A stretch of DNA of 64,000 nucleotides from Saccostrea cucullata (lineage: Eukaryota), in contig NW_026935468.1 in the NCBI RefSeq assembly GCF_032062105.1, positions 1 through 64,000 on the forward strand. Reading direction: 5' to 3'. Below are positions 12,893 through 24,729 of the stretch, piece after piece (position 1 is the stretch's first letter; each line of letters starts with the position of its first letter). Made by a program: the position numbers and the translations under genes. The notes beneath the pieces were generated by a model, which saw nothing but the letters and a program-made list of their open reading frames with translations, did not search any database and was not told the origin of the DNA.

Positions 12893-14892
12893 AGGAGATA
12901 GGGACTGATTAAATATGAGCACAAATGATAAGAAACAGTTGAAGAAAAAAATTGCAAAACATTGTCGAATTTGTTTTGTTTTATTGGCATATATCCTTTC
13001 AGTGTTATAGAGGTTAATCAGAACATTGCAGATTGAAAATGCAACTTTTTAAAGCAATTAAGGAATCAAAGTGTACTGAGGTTATGCAATTGATAGGTAT
13101 GTTCATTGCTGCTGCGTGGTTGCGAAATAAGGATTTTGCAAGTCTGCAGACAGAAAGAAATCTTTCTGCTTACGTATTAGTAAAGAAAACTTTCTTGTTG
13201 GATGTTAAAATTCTAAAGCGTAAGTTAATATACAAAATTAATTTATAACGAAAGTATACAGTCAAATTTTAATAAAAAAGGTTTTATATTTTAAAAAATA
13301 GATCTTCTTTAAGTTTAGAATTTTATTTCATTAACAAAATGAAATGAATTGCAAATTAAATTTTCATAAAAAAGGAAATAAAAAGAAAGAAATATAATTG
13401 CAAATGAAATTAACTTCATGAAAATGTCAAATACTAGTATCCCCTAGTATTAGATTGTATGGAACATTCAATATTCACCGAAACTTTCACAATATAACTT
13501 TTATCCTGTATTAGAAATTATGAGGCGCTAAATTCCTTGAAAGGGATTCTGATCATCGACCTTCGCAATGATGAATTTATTTTAGCATAAAAATATTCAA
13601 AAGAAGCATGAAAATCCAATTTCACAAAATTGAAATAGCTGTCAATTTCTCTATATTTAACATTAAATCTATTTTATTTTTTCGATGATGATAATTATTT
13701 AAGTTACCAGATCCTAAAATGTTTACAGAATATTAAAGTTTAAAAGAATAAGGAATCGAACAAAATTTTGATTAGATATTTAAATATTGCAACGAGAAAA
13801 AGGTGAAAATTTAACTTGCAAATTATTTTGTGATATCTTGTTTCGATGGATATTTTTGTCTTTATTCGTGCTATTTTATTGCTATTGAATAATTTTGTCT
13901 TTGTTGTTATACTGCATGCAGTGATTCAATATCGTTGAGAAATTAAAACAAATACAAACATGTGTACAAGTTTCTCGAGGGAATTGAACGATGCAGGCAC
14001 ATATTTCTCGATCATTCTTTCAAGTTTATTTAATGATAAAATGAGTAATCATCTTTAAAAAACGATGAAACATAGCTCAATTGATAAAGGAGTTTGTTGA
14101 ACAGCAATTTTGCTTAAAAACAAGCTTAAAGAAGCCTATTTTCTCAGCCTAGATTGGAAAATGTCAAACGGGTCACCAAATAACATTGAATTCATCTACC
14201 GAAGGGTAATTAAGCACGCACCATGTTGTGATTGCACCTTGGCTGTTGCTGAGTAAATTCATACAGACTTTCAAATATTTTCGGAATCTTGAAGGAGCAA
14301 TGTTTTAAAAGTTTTCTCTTATACTTTAAAAAGATAAATGTATTGACAGTGATAAGAGTATCTCAAACGACAAACAAACAAACAAAAAATATGAATAGTA
14401 GTGATTTTTAAAATAAGATGTTTTTTCTTTGGTGCAATCTTTAAATACTCGTACAACTTTTTTCGCTTGAATTTTATTGGTTAATAAACACCAATCCTCA
14501 AATATTTACTTATTTTTCATACCTTGAATACTTCCTCAGAACATTTATTTAGTCTTTATATCAGTAATTAATTGTTATTCTAAAATAAATGTAAAAATTT
14601 ATAAATCTAACAAAATTTTACCGATTTGGTGAAACTTACTGGACAAACTCTGACCTCCCCATTCTTCCCTTCCAATGAAACTTTACACTGTAAAATTTAA
14701 ATACAGTAATTAAAATCATAATTGCTCTAAATAAAAAAAGAAAATCATTTATATATAAGTAATTTTCCGTAACCAAACTTAACACCATCGCTGAACATTT
14801 ATGTACAAGTAATTTTCCGTAACCAAAATTAACACCATCGCTGAACTTTTATGATAAAGTTGAGATGAACATTTTTTGTTCTATTTCAGAAA

Positions 14893-17800
14893 ATGCCTAC
14901 ATGTGTCATTTTTATGGTTGGCCTCTTCTTGGCAGACAGAGCATGCGCAATGACATTACATTATAGTGTCATGATCGATGCAGGGAGTTCAGCTAACGGG
15001 TCAGAGTGTATTCATGGCCTGATCGAAGATCAACTTTCTCAACATTTAGCATCACTGAAATATTTTCTAAAAATATAAAGCCACCATTGAGTTCATTTCA
15101 GAATAAATTAGATTCGATTCCGGAATATATTCGTAACTTGACCTCAATCGCCGAATCAAAAGTGCCGTATGATGTTCATAATAGAAGACATCTGTATTTA
15201 CTTGCAACTGCAGGTAATCAACATACTTAAGCAATTAGCCATCTCACACAAAATGGTCAATATGAACGTTTCTTTTTATCATTAAAACAAATACACTTCG
15301 AATTCTTTCCTAGGTCTTCGATTTCTAAAAGAGGAAGATGCTAGAAACTTGATGAATACAGTAAGACGTGTTTTATACGACAGAAGAATCAACAGATTCA
15401 ATTACAGCGAAAGGAGCGTCCGAATTCTCTCTGGCGAAGAAGAGGGCGTGTTCGCTTGGATAACTGCAAACTACCATAATGGATTCCTCTCCTCTAAAAA
15501 GTGAGAATCTTCTTTAATTCAAATAACAAATATAATCATAAAAAACGAAATTTAGTTCCTGTAATATAAGTTTTCATTATATTGCCGTGTTTTCTAGTTC
15601 CCTGTCCTATGGTGTTGGTGTGCTATAGGGCTGTGTATTGACCAAAAAAATTCGATACGATACGATACAATATTTTTTAAAGCGATATGCGATATATTGG
15701 ATTCTAAAACAAGTCCATCAAAAAAGGCTTTTAAATCATTAAATGCATCGATTTCATTAAAAAAAATTAGTGTTTTATTACCCGTTTCAAAGTTCTTATC
15801 CCATAGTCAGTAAATAAAACAATTACAATATAAACTTTTAATGACTGTAAAATCAAAATGTTAAAATAAAATTGTTATGTATCTTATGATAACTATAAAA
15901 ACTGTGTTATTTCTTTTATAAATCTATAATTATTGATCAGTTTTAATTTAAAAAAGTGAAATATAATCTTCGCTGATTAAAATTCCCTCTTTTTCTTAGA
16001 AGAAAAACTGCTTGTCCTACGTATTGGAAGTAACATGTTACGTACGATATATCGATATATTGATACAGCCCTAGTGTGCTAAAAATGGGGGGCGGATCCA
16101 CACAAATAACCTTTCTCCCAGACGGACCTCTCTTAGCTCACATGTTTACATTCCGAATAGCGGGACGAATCTACAATCTCTACTCACACAGTTATCTAAA
16201 TTTTGGAATGAATTATATGTACAGAAGAATCAACAAATATCTTATCCAACAAAATTCACATTACACAAGGATAAATAACCCGTGTGCACTGACAAGTAAG
16301 GATGTAGAAAATAATATTCTGGCTTCTGAATTAAAAAATTATAAGCATATTCATATATTTCTTCTTCAAATGTACTTTTGATGTATACATTATGTTCGAC
16401 ATCTTTTACCAAGCTACATGTACGTATATAGTAAGAATTTGTCATTCACCAACCCGCACGTCTGTTACAATGTTGTTTTTCTAATTTTAACTCAAAGTAA
16501 TTGCAATTAAACTTGATATACAAACAGACAAAGATCTTGCACGAATTTGTAATTATTTTTAAATATATTTAAATTCCTTTAAAACGTTAGCTTTTCTTCC
16601 TGGTCTGTTTGCAATTATACTTACATGAAACACTTGATACACATGAGGATAACACCACAATTAACTCTGGTAAGTGTTACAATGTCATATAGTTCCAAAA
16701 AAAGTCAAGAAGCATAATTTTATGAATGTTCGACTGAATAAAAAATAGTAAAAGTCTCGGTGCAATTTTTGGACAATCATTCACACCAGCAAATACATTG
16801 CCTAGTTGGAAACATATTAATTTGTATGTTTCAGATGACAACTACGCATACGATACTGGCAACAAAACAATAACATTCCGGGGATCTGGTTCTCCTTCGG
16901 AATGTTTCAGGATTTTATCAAAGTTTCTTAAGGAGGCTCACGACACTTGTTACCCAAAGCCCTGTGCAATTGGTTCTGTCTATCAACCCTCAGTAGGTAC
17001 CGACAAATTCTACGCCATTGGAGCCTATGCTTATATTACAGCCACACTAAACGCTACAGACTCTTCTGGGAGACTGGATATCGAAAAACTTAACAAAACG
17101 GAGCATTTGTATTGTACTAAGGTAGGTCAAGTCGGGTGCTGTAAGTCAGTTATTATGTTTAGATCTTATGTTTTTCATTCGCACTGAAGAGATAGAAACA
17201 ACAAGCTAATGTACATCGATAAGAGATTTTGAGTTGATTAGAATTAATTGGGCTAAACAGTTATTGTCAACATATGTTTGGAGATATTGTAGAGGAATAT
17301 ATCCCGTGATGGATTTCATCAGTGCAACATATTAAATTGCAACAAAGCACAATGATCTAACTAAAGATTAGGACTATTTTAAAACTCAAAAACTGCTCTT
17401 TTTTCACTTTTGAATTCACTTTTTTTGGTTTATGTTTTTCAGACTTTTAGACTATGTGGTGTCTGCATACAAAGTAACATCGGAGTTTGTTTCAGTCACG
17501 TGTATGACGGGGCTCTACATGGTCGAGTTATTCACCTTCTCCTATGTGTTTCCGATGAACACAGAAAGGATCTATTCTGTTTTAAAAATCAATGGAAACC
17601 CACTCGGTGAGGCTTTGACATCTGGCATTGAAATCCGTTCTACAATTCAAAAATAAATAAATAAATAAATGAACAACTTTTTTAACGATAAAAAATGAAA
17701 AAAAATTATAATTTAAAAGAAAGCCAAAACACCTGCATTCAAACAAAATTTGGTATTATTTGTTGTTCTGAGTGCGAAAGCATTCGAAATGAATATTGAA

Positions 17801-17985
17801 TTCTTCATATTTTTGTATTTTCAGTTTGGACATTTGGCGCGGTGCTGTTCGAAAATGAACTGATGGCCAAGGTCTACCCCTGTGCCTCAATACCCTTCCC
17901 GTCCAGTGCAGGGGTATCAAAACAAATCCTCAAACTGAAGTGGCTTTTCATCCTTTCTGTGTTCTCATTTTATATTTTTATTTGA
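14893..17985 (+). pseudogene. NTPDase (GDA1/CD39 family) copy 1, pseudogene
   Basis: Same 6-exon layout as copy 2. 1-nt deletion near 14995 in ACR1 (exon 1 is 321 nt vs 322 nt; DAGSSGTR becomes DAGSSANG followed by a stop). 448-bp hAT insertion in exon 3. ACR4 Glu changed to Lys (KMGGGSTQ). Confidence 0.9.
15626..16073. mobile_element. Non-autonomous hAT-type DNA transposon inserted in an NTPDase exon
   Basis: TIRs TAGGGCTGT...ACAGCCCTA; perfect 8-bp TSD GTGTGCTA (15618-15625, 16074-16081); CGATA subterminal repeats; empty site in copies 2 and 3. Confidence 0.92.
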
Positions 17986-20900
17986 CAGATTCGAACATTA
18001 ATGTTTAACGTAATTTTTGTACATAAAACAATCACATGACTCTATAATCATGATAATTATGAACTGAAATCTTATGATATTTCTTATCCGATTCGATATA
18101 ATCGATGGTGCTTTGTTTTCCGTCCGATTCTGAAACACTAATATGAATTTATTTATATGCATGTAAACTGGTATACGAGTGTATGTCTTTTGTTATGTTA
18201 AGAGAATAAAGGAAATACATTCACCAAAACAACGATATTCACTCAATGTGAAATGTTAAGGTTTTATCAAAGGTCAACATGTCAAAATTATTTTTACAAT
18301 AGCTCCTAAACCACCTGGTATGTGGTTTATAAAGTTAAAAATAAAGTTACAAAGATGAAACTTTTACAGTTTATAAATATATCATTGATTAACAGATAGA
18401 AAGTACCACTTGAACACAAACACTGAATAAAAATATATATATCGAGAAAAATTCTTAATAAAAAAGCCTATATTGTTTTATTTTAAAGATACACTTTATT
18501 AATTCCGCACTTTTAGTGAAAACCATCATTGCAGAAAAAATATAAATGTTTATCAATTAAGGGCAAGTTGGACTTCAATAGCCTCTAGGAATTTTTTTTC
18601 ATTGTTTATTTTGTCCAAATGTTAAGATTTGAAACCGAAAGTACATTACAAATGGCGGATTTTATAGGGGTCTTGTCTTTATTTATACATGTCATACTTT
18701 CAATAAGAGCCTTCAAAGACCATTCACGTACAGCTTGCCCTTCTTTGATAAAAGTGATACTTTATATCTGTTAAACAATGATATACTAGTATTTATAAAC
18801 TGTAAAAGTTTTAACTTTATTCACATTGTTTTGGAGCTATTGTAAAAATAAAATTTTGGAAATACTGACCTTTGATGAAACTTTAAAAGGTAGTTGTTTT
18901 TTTATCTTTCATTTATCTTATTAATTCGCACAAACTTGTACTTTATGAATAGCTTCAGGTTCCAAAAACTATTACATGACCTTTAATATACTTAAATTAC
19001 ACACGTACGCGGTATTTTTTAATCGATGTTAACAATTTATCCTGAAATATGAAAAGTATCCCCCAATCATGTTCAGGAGCAAACGACGAGTGTGACCGGT
19101 CTGCAAGGAATGCTTACTCCTTCATGGCACCTGATCCAAACTCTGAAGTTTTAGAGGTACGTGCTTGCTCTACCCCTGATTTGTGTTGTTTTAATCGATT
19201 CATCATCATAAGGGAGAATCAACACTAATTTTCTATCCCTTACATGTAGCCATCGTAAGAAATATTATTTGTTCCAAGCACATACTCATTTTAAGAATGT
19301 CTTTTCATCTTAACATATTCTCAACAGCATTATTAATTTCATCAACATGCACATATTGAATAACAGTTTGGTTGAGTTGTCAAAGCTGATTTTTTCAGCA
19401 TTTACCGCTCTTTAACTATACCAACATACGTTTTCAACAAAAATATATTAAAAATTTTATTTCATCTTAAAGTTATTGAAACTTTTCTGGCAAAACATTA
19501 TAACTAATGACAAAGCAACTCCACCTTCCCTTTTGAAAATATGTAAAGAATTCTTTCATCATATTGTGAAAATGACAAAATCGAATTTCGCGTACGGTAA
19601 ATATTTTTGGCATTTCTCTCCCTCTATATATTAATTCCGATACTTTTGGAGAATGTTTAAGTTCACCTATTAATTCCATTTATTGGACAGTTATTCCTTA
19701 AATGAAGTACATTTCCTATTTGTAATTTTATCTCGAACAGAGACATTGGAAATGTAAATATCATTATTATTATTATATGAAATCGCATGCGTTACAGGAA
19801 TCCCTGAGTTACATTAAAAGTTTCAAAATTTTCATTGTAAACTTACTACATCATATACATGTAGAGTGTAAAACTGTTATAGATAAGTTTAAATGAATCA
19901 TTTTTTTAAAACTTTTAATGTAACGCATGTAATGATCATATAATATCTGCTAGGTAAAGTTATCAAACTGAATTACCCGGTAGGCCTCACAATATTTATC
20001 TTATCAAACTTAATATATGCAGCATATTCCTTTGCTACAAGTAGTGCAAAAGCGAACCCCTCGCATAGGTTTAACAGTATTTGTCAAAAAAGCCTTGAAC
20101 ATATTATGGTGAATCACAAAAAATAAGACACAAATACATTGCTTCATGAAAATGATACTAAAAGGTACAAATTAAAACCAATTTACTTCTTCGCTTAAAA
20201 ACTGTTCACTTTCCATAACAAAATCTGACCTAGAGGTAGCCATTATAAACAACACCAAAGCCCTCAAATTTCCATAGGAATTTAATCTGGAATTATAGCG
20301 AATTATCTTATTTGTTGATCCATTATCAGTCTAAATATTGTCTCTATTATGAATGAAAAATGGCTTCATCTGTTATCATGGTAAACCAGGTCAATCACTA
20401 TACATGAGGACTTTTTGAAGCCTTACTATTATTATTAATTTTATCATATTAATTATCATATGTTTAAATTGTGAATAGATAAATTACAATAATAAAAGTT
20501 GATATATAAGTACTGCAATCTTATGATGATCAGCTAATATTCTATAAATGAAATCGTCACCAAAATATCGATCCATGCATCGACACATGTTGAACATACA
20601 CTGTAGATTGAACAAGAATGGAAATTTTATGATCACATGAAATTAAAAACCTCACAAAACTAGTGATACTTTATATCCCATGATTAATAGGAAAATTTTA
20701 ATTTTTTTTACTTAAACATTTTATTTGAAAATGTTTGAGATGATATGTTTGAAATAAATTCATCAAAGTTTGAAATGTTCATTTCATGGTCTGAATAGAA
20801 TTTATCTACAAAACCTTGTTTCGTGTCCTCTATCCTCCGAAGCACATTTCATGATCTCTTAATGATTCCCAGCTGCTGTTAACCATTTTCATGATTTTCT

Positions 20901-22204
20901 TTGTTGGACAATACCTTAAATCTGGGGAATAAAAATTATTTTTGCGAATTAGCATTCAAAATACTATGTATTAGTTTTCATGAACTGTTCACAAACATTT
21001 CCTATTGAATGTTCATTGCAAGGAGCACACGGCTGGTGTAGCTGGTTGACAGGGAACGTTTTCTCCTCAATGGCACTTTAACCCACCTCTGTTTTTCGTG
21101 GTTCTATTTGCTCTGCTTCAAATTGCGAGCTTGATAATTGTTTGTTATATCCATGTTTAAATTAAGCAATTCTCAAAATTGGTTTATACTTAAAGTTTGT
21201 TGATACTCAGAATTCCTGACACTAATTACAATTCCTGACACCCAGAAATCCTAACAATATAAATCCTGACAAGTGAATTACTGACAATCTCTTATAATGT
21301 AAATCATTGATAATCTTCACATATTTACTGCTGATAAAGCAGTCTTTGTTATAAGAGTTATCTCCCCTTTTAATCCCATTTTGGTTATAGATGTATACCT
21401 AGAACTTTATGCTAAGTTAGACTCATGAAACCCTAACAAAATGGCGTGTGTTGGTAAGGGGACTAACACAGTTTTGAGCATCAACTTTTGACTTGTTTAT
21501 AAGTTTGTGATAAGATTTAATAAACAGTTATAAAGAACACATGGAGTTTCTGTGTAAAAGTTAATATCTACGGTGGAAATAAAGATTAAGGCCAGCCGCC
21601 TGTTACAATACTGGGATTATGAAATTGATAGGTATAATCATTGCTGCTGCGTGGTTGCAAAATTCTGCAGACAGAAAAAAATCTTTCTGCTTACGTATTG
21701 GTAAAGAAATTTTCTTGCTGGATTTTAAAATTCTAAAGCGTAAGTTAATATACAAAATTAATGTATAACGAAAGTATAGTATACAGTCAAATTGTAAAAA
21801 AAAGACTTTCATACTTTAAAAATAAATCTTTAAATTTTATTTCATTAATAACAAGACAGGAATTACGAATTAAATTTTCATAAAAAAAATAGAAAAAAAA
21901 TAAAGGAAAAAAAATTACGCCCCATTTTGCAATTAAAAGTGATTTCATCAAAATGTCAAATACTAGTATTCTATAGTGTTAGATTTCTTGTGAATTTCAG
22001 TCTTCATTGAAACTTTCACAATAAAACTTTGCTGCTGTTTTAGAAATTATGGGGCGCTAAAATCATTTTTAAAGGGATTTTGATCATCGACCTATACGCA
22101 GTGATGAAAAGACCGCATTGATTTTAACATTAAAAAATATTTTAAAGTAAATTTCACCAATTGGGTCACTTAGTTCTTTCTGGATAAAAGAATATGAATA
22201 TATT

Positions 22205-23290
22205 GTGACCAGTCGACAGGGGATGCTCACTCCTCCATGGCACCTGATCCCACTACTTATGTTTTGGAGGTCCCTGTTTGCTCTGCTCCTGTACTGTATT
22301 GTTTTATGGACTTTTGATCTCGAATACTGTTTGTTATCTGCGTGTGTCATTGTAAATATTTCAGAACATGACACATATATAAAAATATTTACATTTCCAA
22401 TGTCTTTGTCTGAGATATAATTACAAATAGTATTTATTTCTTCATCAGTGTACTGGTTCATCGATAGGCGTGGTTTTAAAAAATCAGGGCGGGACAAATA
22501 GAGACAAGAAGCAGGGCTTCTAGCACGTGGATTGGCGGAATCAAGGACATGTAAATATAAGGAATAACTGTCAGATTTTTCAATTTCATGACAATGATCA
22601 ACCGATTGGCTTGCATGAAAATTTTATACATAAACACCTTTGGCGGCTGATATTCTTATTTCATCAACTTGCTTGTCAATAATTCACCTCGTTTTAGAAA
22701 TTGTACATAGGTAGAGCATGCTCTTGCGTATCGAACTAACTGAGATATATACACTCCGTATGTAGGTGATGAAGGTATATTGCTGCATGAGTAAGGGAAG
22801 TTGATGATTGATGTTTATCATAAAGCTTGGTTGTTAGATTACCATTAACGTCTTTTTCAAGTAAAATTTTCATATATGAAACATATGTGTCAGACTCTGT
22901 GGTATCTTTTATCTCAAGTTCATCGGAATATATCGTATTGACATAAGAATGGAGATAACCATTATAAATTGACAATACGTCATTGATATACATGTATCAC
23001 AATGTCGAGTTGAAGGTCACAGCAAGTGTTTTCTTCTTTTCACGTACATGTATTTATAAGATTTTGGACAAATTCTGCTTCATATGAACACATATTAATA
23101 ACAAGACCAATTGGTACACATGGGAATTCCAATAGATTGTTGGAAGGACTGGTCAACTAAAACCACATACATTGTAGATAAAAATTGTGATTCAGAAACT
23201 CAAGCATCTTTTTTTTACCAACTTCAGAGTAATTGTGTGTACTATTAAATGATTTTTAACAAAATAATTTTGCAAATGATCAATGACAAG
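22205..23290. mobile_element. Penelope-like element remnant: + strand 3' tail (22205-22350) and inverted, decayed RT fragment on the minus strand (~22640-23290)
   Basis: Minus strand gives GIPMCTN (cf. GIPMGTN), YINDVLSI (cf. YIDD) and LTTKLYDK. Absent from the paralogous unit-1 region. Confidence 0.72.
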
Positions 23291-23537
23291 GTGTCAGAAA
23301 TGAAGATACTTAAATCATACTGTCTGATTTTATTGGAAAAGTCGTTGATAATTTTGCCTTTATCGTGATGATACATGCAGTGATTCAATCTGTTTGAAAA
23401 ATTAAAACAAATTTATACACTTTTCTCGAGAAAAGTCTGGAATGCGATGCATACACATATTTCTGGATCATTCTTTGCAAGTTCATTCCATAATAAAATG
23501 ATAAATCATCTTTAAAAAACGATTAAACATAGCGCAA

Positions 23538-24230
23538 TACGCGGGTTTCGAGATTGTAACTCTCCTACGACAGAGGCGCAAAACGTATCCATTTCAGCAT
23601 GGAGGTGGGACAAGTTGTTTCTGTACACAAAAATGCATATATAAATGAACGATGTTTATGGCTTTTAAAAATTATTTTAAGTTATAGAAAGATAATAATG
23701 TTAGGAGTGATGCATTTTATGATTTTATCAAGCTCAACTGTGTATATTTACAAATCTACTTTCATTTATAGGGTACTTGAAAACGAAATAAACGTCGTGG
23801 TCTTTATAAAAAGTAAAAGATTTTCTTGATTGTACAAACATTTTCTAAAAAGTAAGTGGGTTCTTTGAAGTTATAAGGAAAATAATCAATGTGTCATTTA
23901 AATTGCCGACGTGCAATGTTCAGATGCATGTGTACTGTATTTATTAGAGGTCCTTATCTCTCTTCCCTCGTCTGAAAAGTCTCACATCCACTGATATTTT
24001 CTTTTTTGTTCCGATTTTTTAGCTTAAAAAAAGACGCTTTTACATTAATTCGGTTACTCTTGAGTTGAAAAGTGCATCTTTACAATTATATAGTTATGAA
24101 AATTCAGTATATTGATAATGCGATATATCCAATATATAAATAACTGTCCCACTTGTTTGTTTACGCGGCAACGAAACCCCCCTCCTCAACGAAAGAGCGC
24201 ACCAAGGGAGAAAATCTCGAAACTTGCGTA
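23538..24230. mobile_element. MITE with 18-bp TIRs, specific to duplication unit 2
   Basis: TACGCGGGTTTCGAGATT ... AATCTCGAAACTTGCGTA; the empty site in unit 1 reads CAATTG (~14078-14083). Confidence 0.85.
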
Positions 24231-24729
24231 TTGATAATGGAGTTTGTTAAACAGCAATCATGCTCAAAACAAGTTTTTTTAAAAAATATAATATGTATTA
24301 AATAACGATGGTAAGAATATCGCAAATGACAAAACAAAATAAAAGATCTGAAGAGTAGTGATTGTTTAATAAAAATGAATTCTGAAAATATCAGTTATTT
24401 TCTTTGGTGTCATCTTTAAATACATTTTTTATACCTTGAATTATTCCTCAGAACATTTAGTCTTAATATCAACAATTAATTGTTATTAAGTGTCAAAATT
24501 TATATCTAGCAAAACTTTTACCGCATTGGTGAAACTTACTAGACAAACTCCCTTTCCTCCCTTCAAATGCAATTTTAAAATTTAAATCAAGTATTTTCAA
24601 AATCATCATTGCTTTAAAAAAAAAAAGAAAACCATCCATGTACAGGTAATTTTCCCTAATCTAAATGAACATGATTTCTGAACTTGTATGATAAAGTTGA
24701 GATGAACATTTTTTGTTCTATTTCAGAAA

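Noticed and set aside
7400-14800. A hidden 5'-nucleotidase or other gene between SLC28 and the NTPDases
   Set aside because: No ORF or exon chain with recognisable motifs; the region is explained by repeats and duplicated non-coding DNA.
21205-21290. AATTCCTGACA short repeats
   Set aside because: Probably the subterminal repeats of a truncated transposon, but no matching other end was found.
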